A stretch of 64,000 bases of DNA from Candidatus Latescibacterota bacterium (GTDB lineage: Bacteria > Latescibacterota > UBA2968 > GCA-2709665), in the NCBI GenBank assembly GCA_965219455.1, contig OZ244744.1, positions 3,840,001 through 3,904,000 of the forward strand, written 5' to 3'. The translations under genes and the position numbers were made by a program. Of the stretch, positions 51,737-61,076 are shown one piece after another. Below the pieces are notes generated by a model. It saw nothing but the letters and a program-made list of their open reading frames with translations, was not told the DNA's origin and did not search any database. Numbering within the stretch: the stretch's first letter is position 1; every line of letters begins with the position of its first letter.

Positions 51737-52597
51737 ATGATTAAGGTGGTGAGCTGGAACATCGATAAACAGGTTAAGCCGTGGGGCGAACTGGTGCGGA
51801 TGGCGAAGGACAAAAAGGCCGACCTGGCGCTTCTGCAGGAAGCGGGAAGTCCACCCGGAGACCTGGTACATCTGCTCGACTACGAGGACGCCGTATTATG
51901 GAACCGGCACTTGTACGACCGCTGGCCATTGGTCGTGAAGCTGTCCGATCAAATCAAAGTAGAGCCTTACGTGCAGGTGCCGCCGATCAGCGAACTTGGG
52001 AAAGATGATATTGGCGTGAGCGGTATCGGTACCATCGCCGCAGCGAAGGTGATCCCGGTCGACAGCAAGGAAGAAGCATTCGTCGCTATTTCTATGTACG
52101 GGCGATGGCTGAAGCCTCATCCGTCTACCAATAGCAAATGGATCTACGCTGATGCTTCGGCACATCGAATCATCTCGGACCTGTCGGCTTTCATTGGTCA
52201 CACCGACCCGTCCAAACACAGGATTCTGGCGGCGGGCGATCTGAATATGTTCTACGGGGCGACCGGGACGAAGCTGTCACTTCCGGAGCGTGAGCGCACG
52301 GTCTGGAATCGTATGGAGGCGCTCGGGCTGGAATTCCTGGGACCGCAGGCTCCTCACGGTCGGGAAGCGGGAACAGCGCCGGACGACGTGCCGTGCGACA
52401 CGAAAAATGTGCCGACGTACTACAAGAAATACAAGAAAGGAGATGGGCCGGAAGCGGCGGCGAATCAACTGGACTACGCATTCGCGTCGCGAGGCTTCCA
52501 CAAGAGGGTGTCGGTGCGTGCGATGAACGAGATCGATGAATGGGGACCAAGCGACCACTGTCGACTGATCATCGAGGTGGAGACCAATGCCGATTGA
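51737..52597 (+). CDS. EEP family nuclease/phosphatase, second
   Basis: VVSWNI, LLQEA, AGDLN, QLDYAF, SDHC. Confidence 0.85.
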   Translation: MIKVVSWNIDKQVKPWGELVRMAKDKKADLALLQEAGSPPGDLVHLLDYEDAVLWNRHLYDRWPLVVKLSDQIKVEPYVQVPPISELGKDDIGVSGIGTIAAAKVIPVDSKEEAFVAISMYGRWLKPHPSTNSKWIYADASAHRIISDLSAFIGHTDPSKHRILAAGDLNMFYGATGTKLSLPERERTVWNRMEALGLEFLGPQAPHGREAGTAPDDVPCDTKNVPTYYKKYKKGDGPEAAANQLDYAFASRGFHKRVSVRAMNEIDEWGPSDHCRLIIEVETNAD

Positions 52598-52903
52598 GGC
52601 CGCGCGGGTCGCCGGACACCTTGAGCGCATTTTGTAGTCGAATACTTCCGGCTGCTCGACCGAAACGAGGGCGACCGGCCGGTCGCCCCTACAAGACCCA
52701 ATGTCGCTGTCCGCTGCATGCAGTCACCCGCGACCTGGCCAACCACAAGGGTTGCCCCTACAGATTCTCTAGATGCGCTGACGTCAATGGATCGCCTTTT
52801 CGTTCTTGGCCGACAGCTGTCGACTGATTGCTGCAAGCTTTCTTCTCCTGTCGCAGAGATTGCGACAACATGGACATATATTCACCCGGATGGATGATCC
52901 TCG

Positions 52904-53075
52904 ATGTTCGTTTTCCTCGACAATATCACCTTTCGATACAGAGGCGCAAAGACGCCCGTCCTCGACGGGCTGACGCTTTTTGTACGGTCGGGGGAGATTG
53001 TCGCGATAATCGGGTCTGCGGGCGCCGGCAAGACGACGCTGCTGCGATACGTTGGCAAACGCTCGGACCGGCAGG
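52904..53075 (+). pseudogene. ABC ATPase remnant, copy 3 (N-terminal piece)
   Basis: MFVFLDNITFRYRG..GSAGAGKTTLL then loses similarity. Confidence 0.65.
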
Positions 53076-53163
53076 GCGGCGTGCATATCGGTTCGGATGG
53101 GTACGAAGACGAGACCAGTCCCGGCGTGATCCGCGGCTGGCGTTTCTCCGGGGGTGTCGACGC

Positions 53164-53433
53164 TTACCCGCCCGAGTGGCGATCGGAACGATGGCGGGGG
53201 GTGTGGATCCGGCGCTTTGCGTTCCCGAACATGGCGCTGGACGGATCCGATCGTGAGCCGCCGGGCGGCATGTCCGCAGTGATAAGCAGGGCGCCGATCT
53301 GTTTTGTTCGAAACAACACCGCATCGTCGTCTATACCCGGGTCCATTTCCGCGATATACAACACGGTGCGGCCGTCTGAGCGTAAGCAGTCACCGAAGTC
53401 TTTGTCCACGTTTTCGTCGGCCAGCGAATTCAT
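53164..53433 (-). pseudogene. DUF5615 PIN-like toxin, truncated
   Basis: LADENV, GIDDDAVL, LLITAD then diverges. Confidence 0.65.
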
Positions 53434-53666
53434 GTAATTTGCTCAGCTACCGGATAAACAACGTCGGCTCGAAGCGCCCGTGCTGCAAAACTCAAAGCTG
53501 CCAGAACGTTTTCTCTCGTGAGACGGGGATGCGCTTCAACGACCTCCTCGATCGTGTCGCCAGTAGAGAGTTTATCAAGAATCAATTCAACGGTGATGCG
53601 GGTACCCGCAACAACGGGCTTCCCCATCATTACGGAGGGATCGGATTGAATGAATTTTGCGTCCAC
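53430..53666 (-). CDS. DUF433 antitoxin
   Basis: DPSVMMGKPVVAGTRITVELIL. Confidence 0.85.
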   Translation of the reverse strand: MDAKFIQSDPSVMMGKPVVAGTRITVELILDKLSTGDTIEEVVEAHPRLTRENVLAALSFAARALRADVVYPVAEQIT

Positions 53667-53687
53667 GTTCGTTCTCCTTGTCCGATG

Positions 53688-54356
53688 TTACTCAGCATCC
53701 ACCAGCTTTCCGTCCTTGAATATCAACCTCAAGTCGTCATAAGCGAGAATGGTCTTGTCGCCGAGTTCAACGCGCGTCCTGGGTTTGCCTTTCCGGGCAA
53801 TCACTTCTTCAATGGACATGTTCAATTTAAGCAAAACGGTTTCCTCGGGACCTGCTAACTCCGGTTCGCTTGCTGCAAAGGCGACGTTGAAAAGGCGTTC
53901 AACTTCCGGGATTGTGTACTCTTCTCTATTGACTTTGAGGCGAACGGCATGGCGGGCACCTGACAGTTTGTCGAGTTCAATATATACCTCTTTCTCCCTT
54001 GCCTCGGCTTTTCGGATTTCGACTTTCGCGCCCCTTTGAATAACCCGCACGCTCCACCCCGAGAGCGCATCTCTCGTAATGATATTCCGGACCTCTTCGG
54101 CGAAATCCTCAGCCGACTGAGATTGAGACTGACGAAAACCGCCTATGGTAGCGCGATATGAAACCTCTCCATTTTCCAGGACGTTCGCGGCATCAACGCC
54201 TCGAATCCCGTCATTTACCTCTACAAAGTCAATTTTGATCCAGAACGTCTCGCCTTTAAGCGCCGCAACATGACTTGCAACATCTGCTGTCTGTGCCTGT
54301 GCGGTTTGAATAGAGGCAACAAGCATAGACAAGAATACCACAAAAAAACGCATCAT
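53688..54356 (-). CDS. Secreted hypothetical protein
   Basis: Signal peptide, GGAGG RBS, C-terminal MSIEEVI..GKP motif. Confidence 0.7.
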   Translation of the reverse strand: MMRFFVVFLSMLVASIQTAQAQTADVASHVAALKGETFWIKIDFVEVNDGIRGVDAANVLENGEVSYRATIGGFRQSQSQSAEDFAEEVRNIITRDALSGWSVRVIQRGAKVEIRKAEAREKEVYIELDKLSGARHAVRLKVNREEYTIPEVERLFNVAFAASEPELAGPEETVLLKLNMSIEEVIARKGKPRTRVELGDKTILAYDDLRLIFKDGKLVDAE

Positions 54357-54769
54357 ATCCCTCCAATATGTTTAGTTCACGTCACAGCCAGCCACAGTCC
54401 ACAATGGACCGGGACGCGGGAATGGACCATCCAACATACGCTTGCGGTCCGTAATGAGGTGTCCGCCGTAATTCCGGATGGTTTCCGATTCAAAACGACG
54501 CTTGAGATCCGTCTGTTCCGTTAGCGCAAGATCAACCCGAACACTTTCAGCGAGTTCCCGGACAACCCCTAATTCGGTATGCCTGATCGTTTGCTGCGTC
54601 AGTTGCCAGGGTGTGGCATGCGCAATTTCCGAGATTATATGACATTCGGCGGAATGTGTCAAACTAAATGAGACAAATATCCCCAAGAATCAGTGAAATT
54701 TTCCGAGCGGCATGCCTTGGGTTTTTGGATCGTTAATCGAGACGGATTGGGACAAGGCCGGCGGCGTTG

Positions 54770-54953
54770 TAAGCCCAAGTACATAACGTCCCTGGCGAGT
54801 ATACCGGTCTGGCAACGCAACGACTACGACCACGATATAAGAAACGAGCCGACGTTAAGTCCGATCCGGCAATACATCGCGGACAGTCCGGTCAGATGGC
54901 CGGAAGACCCGGAGAATCCTGTCGTAGCGGAAGGCCGGAACCCATCATTTTAG
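54770..54953 (+). mobile_element. RAYT (REP-associated Y1 transposase) C-terminal remnant
   Basis: VWQRNDYDHDIRNE..IRQYIADSPVRWPEDPENP followed by a GTAG REP. Confidence 0.7.
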
Positions 54954-55267
54954 CGTAGGGGCGACCGGCCGGTCCCCTACGCCAGAACTGCCAGAACGAC
55001 CCTGATGATGTCCGGATTGCATCTCACTGACTTCCGAATATAACGGGGAACGGTTTGAATCCCGCGCCCTCCTTTCGTATATTCATATCGGGAGAGAAGC
55101 ATGTTTCGACACGCCGGAGAACGATTTCAAGGTGCGATCGTTTACCTCTTGAGGTCGAATCAATCCCGCGTTTGCGTTACCGCATCACCCAATCAAAATG
55201 GTCCGGTCTAAAGACGAAATTTCTTTGCAGGTTACGTTCGTACCGTCAAAACAAAACGGAGACCTTC

Positions 55268-55654
55268 ATGCCTAACGGAGATCCCTATCCGGAGTCCCAG
55301 GCCAAGAGGAGTATTGTGGCCGGAATCTTATTGTCTCTTGTCACCTTCGGCATCTATGGACTCTATTGGCAATATAAGCAGATGGCGACGCTCAACGCCT
55401 GGCTTGGGAGAAATGAGTATTCCTTTTGGCTCTGGTTCTTTCTCTCGATTATCACCTGCGGTATTTTCGGCATCTACTATGAGTATAAGATGGCAACGGG
55501 TATCAATGAAGTCCAGGCCGACAATGATCTGGAATACGACTCCAATCTACCGGTCATCTGTGTCCTGTTAGCGATTTTCGGTATCGGTATCGCCTCGCTT
55601 GCTGTTCAGCAGTACCAGATCAACAGACTCTACGGGCGAGCTTACAATGGTTAG
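55268..55654 (+). CDS. DUF4234 membrane protein
   Basis: LLSLVTFGIYGLYWQYK, LSIITCGIFGIYY, QYQIN. Confidence 0.8.
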   Translation: MPNGDPYPESQAKRSIVAGILLSLVTFGIYGLYWQYKQMATLNAWLGRNEYSFWLWFFLSIITCGIFGIYYEYKMATGINEVQADNDLEYDSNLPVICVLLAIFGIGIASLAVQQYQINRLYGRAYNG

Positions 55655-56021
55655 CGTTACGGCGGTCGCGCGCTTTTTTTTAATTGGGTTGGGTGTGGCG
55701 GGCCTTTGCGTTGCATTGTCTGATGTGTCACTGTCAGAGGTTGCATCGATCCCTTGCGTATTTTTTTTCGTGACAGATATTCCGTGTCCCGGGTGTGGGA
55801 TGATGCGGGCATGCCTCAGCCTGACGCATGGACATATCGCAGACGCGTGGCGGTACCACCCATTCTCTTTAATAATTGTCGGACTGGCGGTTTGGATAGC
55901 ACTGTTACCAACCTGGTTTGGCAACGTCTGGAGCCGTTGTTCACCAGGCAAGCGAGATGGGATATCCGTTTGCGCTATTGTGCTATGTCTCGTCGCCTGG
56001 ATACACAAATTGTGGGCGTAA
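55647..56021 (+). CDS. DUF2752 membrane protein
   Basis: CVFF..TDIPCPGCGMMRA, AWRYHP. Confidence 0.8.
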   Translation: MVSVTAVARFFLIGLGVAGLCVALSDVSLSEVASIPCVFFFVTDIPCPGCGMMRACLSLTHGHIADAWRYHPFSLIIVGLAVWIALLPTWFGNVWSRCSPGKRDGISVCAIVLCLVAWIHKLWA

Positions 56022-56530
56022 AGGCAGAGATAAGACGCGACGCATCAATAGTACATCCCAAATGGTATCACAGTACATACGGTCTTCCGCACTGATCGCA
56101 CGAGACAGGAGAGTCCGGATTTTTGTAGGGGCGGTTCGCGAACCGCCCGCCGTGTGGCCCCTTAAATTTGTACCTCGGCCACCCGGTGGTTGCGTGGGGG
56201 GTTTTGCCGCGTAATTCCGTCCAGCATTTTAGTACTGGTACATCTGACGGGCACGTAGGGCATCCAATTCCCATTTATGTCTCTGAGGCGATTCGCGGAA
56301 AAACCGGCCCCGCGGCGTTTGAGCGGCGCCCTTCTTTTTCGCCCTTTTTCTTGGGCGAAGCAAGAAAAAGGGCAAGGGAATAGGGGACGTTAGGGGTGGG
56401 GGAGAATCTATTCGTTCCCATGTCGATTATGGCACGAAATTCCCCATCTGGACCGACAGATTAAGCCCGGCATCGTGATTCACGCGTCTACAATTTATCG
56501 GTAATTACAGAAACCATAAGGAGAACGAAA

Positions 56531-56872
56531 ATGGATATCGAACTCGTATACTGCTCCATGTGAGGGTATGAAGACCAGGCCGTCAGTTTGGCGCGCCATC
56601 TGCTGAAAAAATATAAGACGGATATCTCACGCTTCACCCTGGTTCCCTCGGGAAGGGGACGATTTGAACTCACTGTGGACGGGGAACCGATTTTCTCAAA
56701 ATTGAAAGAGGGTCGGTTCCCTGAACACGTGGAGATCGAATCCCGCCTCGCCGCACGAAAAGGAGACAGCGTTTCTCGTTCAGAATCCTGCTGTCAGGAA
56801 GCAGAGCCTGCCCAACGGAGACGAAAGGGGTTCAGATCCCTCTTCGCGATGCTTCTGCGGAAAGCCGGTTAA
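56531..56872 (+). CDS. SelW/SelT/SelH (Rdx) family selenoprotein, in-frame UGA at 56561
   Basis: MDIELVYCSM-U-GYE (CxxU), GRGRFELTVDGEPIFSKLKEGRFP; GGAG RBS. Confidence 0.85.
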
Positions 56873-57055
56873 CACGCCGGTTTCAGTCGCGTCGTCCGAT
56901 ACCGGGGAAAACATGAACAGGTCCAAACCATTGCAAGCCCGAGTTGGTGTGGGGGTATTGTGCCGACGTCGAATATTGGCTATTTTGTTTGAGGGTGGTG
57001 CAGGGGAGGGATGGCCCGGATGGACTCTCCGATACTCACATCCAGGGAGGCTGCC

Positions 57056-57730
57056 ATGGTGTACCGTATCTGCCTCGTGGTGTCAGGTCTAATTGCATTA
57101 GCCGGTTGTTATACCCAGATACGGCCGCCGGAATTTGAAACGGATGGTCGGGTCGGACCCGGGGCGTCCGCGGATACGGCGTCTGTTGTCGTATACAAAC
57201 AGTATGTGTACAACTATTTCGATCCGTACAATTGGGAGGTGGCGCCGTATTTCGACCCTTATTATCCGGGATATCCCTCTTGGGCCAGACGGGGTTTCAG
57301 ATGGAGAAATTCCTACTGGACGGCCGCATACGGACCGTGGTGGCGGGGGTGGATGCGGCGGATTCTCGCGCGCGGACGGTTATCCGTTCCCACGTTCAGG
57401 TATCGCTCGGCCGAACCTTACCCGATCGATCTTCACGAACCGCGTCTGCGCATCAGACATACCGGATTGCGGGGTGGCGAGCCCGCATCCGCCGGTACGG
57501 TCCGTAAGGGAGGCGGAGTAACAAAGACGACGCGAAGGCGCCGTGGGCCGGCAGCCGGCGCGATCCGCCCAAATCCGAAACCTGAGAGGTCGGGGACCGC
57601 AACGAGAACCGCCTCGAAACCGCGCGATTCGGGCGGCGGTAGTTCATCTTCGAAGAAGGAAGAGAAAAAGCAGGAGGAAAAGCGCGAGGAGAAGCGTGAA
57701 GGCCAGCGGCGGAGAGGGGGGATGAGATGA
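57056..57730 (+). CDS. Lipoprotein with low-complexity C-terminus
   Basis: Lipobox LAGC-YT; GGAGG RBS; upstream of a barrel gene. Confidence 0.7.
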   Translation: MVYRICLVVSGLIALAGCYTQIRPPEFETDGRVGPGASADTASVVVYKQYVYNYFDPYNWEVAPYFDPYYPGYPSWARRGFRWRNSYWTAAYGPWWRGWMRRILARGRLSVPTFRYRSAEPYPIDLHEPRLRIRHTGLRGGEPASAGTVRKGGGVTKTTRRRRGPAAGAIRPNPKPERSGTATRTASKPRDSGGGSSSSKKEEKKQEEKREEKREGQRRRGGMR

Positions 57731-59010
57731 GGCGGGTCCGCCCAATGGTTCCGATGCTGGCGTTCTGCGCCTGGGCGGCGGCCCTCAACGCGCAGGAGGT
57801 CGCACTGGATGGATTTTCCGGCATCGGCGCGCGCGCCATGGGAATGGGTGGCGCGTATATTACGGTATCGGATGATTTCTCCGGTCTTTTCTGGAACCCG
57901 GCGGGTTTGGCCAGGGTCCAACGCGGGTCTATCTCGTGGGGGATGTCGCACGATCGTTTTCGAAACGATTCGCGTTTTTTCAGCGGTGCTTCGGCCTATG
58001 AATTGAACAGTACGCGCGTCGCGTCGGTGGGCATCGTATACCCGGCTCAGGTCTATCGGGGCAGCCTGGTTTTTGCGGGAGGGTTCGGGCGCAACCGGCA
58101 CTTCGACGGCGGATTGCGGATCGACGCGTACGATGAAATCGCCAATTTTGAAAAGTCGGGTTTTTCGGAAGACAGGGGTACCTTCGGCGCGTGGACCATG
58201 GGCGTTGCAGTCGACCTGGCGCCGCGTCTGTCGGCGGGGGTAACTCTGTTCAAATGGCGGGGAACCAATCGCTTCATGCAGGAATTGACGCTTGAAGACG
58301 TCCGGCAGGTCCACGTGGATACGGTTCGTATTTTCCAGCGTTTCGAATCCGACGACCACTTCTCCGCGTTGGGCGTTCAGGGCGGCATCCGATACTGGCA
58401 TCCGTCCAATTTCCGGCTTGGCATTACGGTTTCCGCGGCGACTCCCATTCGGGTGTCGGCTGATCTGGCGGACGAATTCGAAGATACGTTTGACGATCGG
58501 ACGGATATCTATCCGCGCGACGCCTACGCGGACAGGTACGAGATACGCCAGCCGCTCTCGCTGGGATTCGGTCTTGGATGGTCCTCGGCCGGATTGACCT
58601 TGAGCGGCGACGTGCATTACGGAGATTTACAGGAAGTAACCTACAGCGTCCTGGCTCGGAACATTACGCCGCACGTCGACGATTTCCGCCAGCAATACCG
58701 AAGCGCGGTGCGGTTCCATCTGGGCGGTGAATACGGCATTCCGGGCCGAGGCGTCGCCCTGAGGGGCGGATACTATCGCGATCCGGTTCGGTACGTGGGA
58801 GGCGGCCCCGTACCCGAGGTGCGAATCGAGGCGGACCGCGATGCGTGGACGCTTGGGATCGGCGCTGAATTGGATCGGTATTTTGCGGTGGATCTGGCGG
58901 CTGTGTTTGGCGGGTATCGACAGACGGAAGGCAATCGCGAAGACAGGGTGCGTACAGTACGCGCACTGGTTTCGATGCGTGTGAATTTCGACGCGGACCC
59001 GTATCGGTAG
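57727..59010 (+). CDS. OmpP1/FadL-like outer membrane protein
   Basis: GARAMGMGGAY..FWNPAGLA. Confidence 0.8.
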   Translation: MRRVRPMVPMLAFCAWAAALNAQEVALDGFSGIGARAMGMGGAYITVSDDFSGLFWNPAGLARVQRGSISWGMSHDRFRNDSRFFSGASAYELNSTRVASVGIVYPAQVYRGSLVFAGGFGRNRHFDGGLRIDAYDEIANFEKSGFSEDRGTFGAWTMGVAVDLAPRLSAGVTLFKWRGTNRFMQELTLEDVRQVHVDTVRIFQRFESDDHFSALGVQGGIRYWHPSNFRLGITVSAATPIRVSADLADEFEDTFDDRTDIYPRDAYADRYEIRQPLSLGFGLGWSSAGLTLSGDVHYGDLQEVTYSVLARNITPHVDDFRQQYRSAVRFHLGGEYGIPGRGVALRGGYYRDPVRYVGGGPVPEVRIEADRDAWTLGIGAELDRYFAVDLAAVFGGYRQTEGNREDRVRTVRALVSMRVNFDADPYR

Positions 59011-59124
59011 GACGGACTCGCTCCACATCCGAGCGAGGCACAGTATAATACCGCCGGTTGCGATCAACCGGCGGTTGTTTTTTGGTGGTGGCCTGGATAG
59101 ACGCACGTACATCGGCAATCTGGG

Positions 59125-60423
59125 TTACACACCGGCAGCCGCGAGAATATTCGCTCGGGTTCCGCGTATATCGAAGCAGGCGTACTGGTTCTTCCGCATA
59201 ATGCGCGTCGCCACGTCCATCGCCTGTTTTTCCGTCATATATCCTTCCGCAATCTCCGCTTCGAGCCCGCGGCGAATTTCATTTCGCGCCTGGATGGAGT
59301 ACGCGAGCGCGCCCGTCGGCCAACCCGTGTCACCCCCGAATGCAAACAGCTTGTTGGACGGGACCGCATGCAGAAAGCGGCGCAAAAAGTCCCTGGAACT
59401 GTATGGATCGATGCTCCATGCCCAGCAGAGATCCACCCAGATATTGCGGTAGTGCTTGGCAAGCGCCACCAGTTCGTTGTTATACGGATAGGCGATATGC
59501 ATCAGGACAAACCGGGCGTCCGGATAGCGCGCGAATAGGGCGCACATATTTCCGGCGGCAATACGACTCACCGGCATCCTGTCGTTGCCCGCGTAGTATC
59601 CCGTGTGGATTTTGAACGGTAGATTGTGCGCGATTGAGAGTTCCACCCCGCGCGCCCAGCACCAGTCCCCCAGGCACAGGCGCGCCTGCACAGGGACGTC
59701 CTCATCCGGCCCCGCCAATATTTCCTCCAGTGCGGCGGCCGCCTCCGAGTTGTTCCGTTCCTTCCAGTTCAAAGTGCGACTGTAGGCATGCTGTGCCTTC
59801 ACCGCGATGGCGCATCCGGCATATTTCGAGAAGAGCCCTTCCATCGCCTGCCTGAGGGTATCCAGACCGGCCACCTCTACGTCCGTCTCGGCGTGTATTT
59901 GGCCCGGATTGACCTGTCCGTTGCAGAATCCCGCCCAGGAGAGATCGTAGAGGAAAAAATCGAGTCCTGAATCATCGGGCAGACATGCCCATTGGAAATC
60001 GTCCGTCTGAACGTGATCCAGTCTGGCCGCGTCGCGCAGCAGGCGTAATCGTTCGCCGGGGCGCCGCAGTGAATGGGTCTTTTCCTGGGCGCCCGTGAGG
60101 GCTTCCCCGGACAATGTGTCGAGGCCATACACATGCCTGGCAATGAGACGCACAGCCTCACCGTACCCCGTGAACTGCGTTGCTTCCCATGCCTCCCGTA
60201 TGCCCTCGAAGCGCCCCGCGACGTCGGCGTCGGAGCCATCCATCAACCGCTTCATGGCGGCAGGGGAAGCGCCGGCCGTATGAAGATCGGCCGGGACGTA
60301 GTTTCCGAACAGATCCTGCAGAATGTCGGGGCCGTCGTTCAACCAATCCGGTTCCTTGCGTAAATGCTCGTGCGTGTCGACAAGAGCGGTTTCCTGTATA
60401 TGATGGATCAGGTCAGTGTTCAT
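59125..60423 (-). CDS. Amidohydrolase family protein
   Basis: VDTHEH, KIHTGY, LMHIAYP, FGGD. Confidence 0.85.
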   Translation of the reverse strand: MNTDLIHHIQETALVDTHEHLRKEPDWLNDGPDILQDLFGNYVPADLHTAGASPAAMKRLMDGSDADVAGRFEGIREAWEATQFTGYGEAVRLIARHVYGLDTLSGEALTGAQEKTHSLRRPGERLRLLRDAARLDHVQTDDFQWACLPDDSGLDFFLYDLSWAGFCNGQVNPGQIHAETDVEVAGLDTLRQAMEGLFSKYAGCAIAVKAQHAYSRTLNWKERNNSEAAAALEEILAGPDEDVPVQARLCLGDWCWARGVELSIAHNLPFKIHTGYYAGNDRMPVSRIAAGNMCALFARYPDARFVLMHIAYPYNNELVALAKHYRNIWVDLCWAWSIDPYSSRDFLRRFLHAVPSNKLFAFGGDTGWPTGALAYSIQARNEIRRGLEAEIAEGYMTEKQAMDVATRIMRKNQYACFDIRGTRANILAAAGV

Positions 60424-60467
60424 CCGTTCGTCCCCCGTGCCGACCCCGCGCTGCGGCCGACTCGATG

Positions 60468-61076
60468 TTACGTACCGGTCCAGGGCGGAAAGAGTTCGTG
60501 CTCGATGCCCAGCAGATTCAGGATGCGTCCGGCGATGAAATCCGCCAGGTCGTCAAAGGTCTCGGGCTTCTGGTAAAATGCCGGCATGGCCGGCAGGATT
60601 GCGGCCCCCGCCTCGGCCGCGGCGGTCATGTTGCGAAGGTGGATCCGGTTCATCGGCGTTTCCCTGGGGACCAGAATCAGAGGCCGGCGTTCCTTGAGCG
60701 TGACGTCCGCCGCCCGTTCGATCAGGTTTCCCGACGCGCCATGTGCGATATTCGACAGGTATTTCATCGAACACGGCACAACCACCATGCCGCGCAAGCC
60801 CACGGACCCACTCGCGACAGGCGCCGCCATATTGCCAATCGGGTGAACGACCACGTGCCCGTTCGCAATTTCCGCTCCGTACCGATTGGAAAGGAATTCC
60901 TGAAATTTGGATTGCTTTCCCTCGAAACCGCCCTCCTCGCGCAGAAGCATCCAGCCGAACCCGGAGACGATGAGATGCACCTCGTCCCCGTTCATCAGCA
61001 GCGCGCGCAGGGTGCGCAGGGCGTAGATCGCCCCGCTGGCGCCGGTAATCGCAACCGCAATCCGGTTCACCGCCAC
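60468..61076 (-). CDS. ubiX: Flavin prenyltransferase
   Basis: ITGASGAIY, ASGS, RAADVTLKERR, RETP, PAFY. Confidence 0.92.
   Translation of the reverse strand: MAVNRIAVAITGASGAIYALRTLRALLMNGDEVHLIVSGFGWMLLREEGGFEGKQSKFQEFLSNRYGAEIANGHVVVHPIGNMAAPVASGSVGLRGMVVVPCSMKYLSNIAHGASGNLIERAADVTLKERRPLILVPRETPMNRIHLRNMTAAAEAGAAILPAMPAFYQKPETFDDLADFIAGRILNLLGIEHELFPPWTGT

Noticed and set aside
27122-52597. Classical integron
   Set aside because: No tyrosine integrase and no clear attC (RYYYAAC...GTTRRRY) sites seen; the boundaries are CRISPR repeats.
52586-52600. Second EEP gene also ending in a repeat-like tail (GCCGATTGAGGC)
   Set aside because: Only 9/12 match and no following spacer-repeat; may be chance.
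54372-54686. 104-aa minus-strand ORF
   Set aside because: No motif or clear RBS; cannot be supported.
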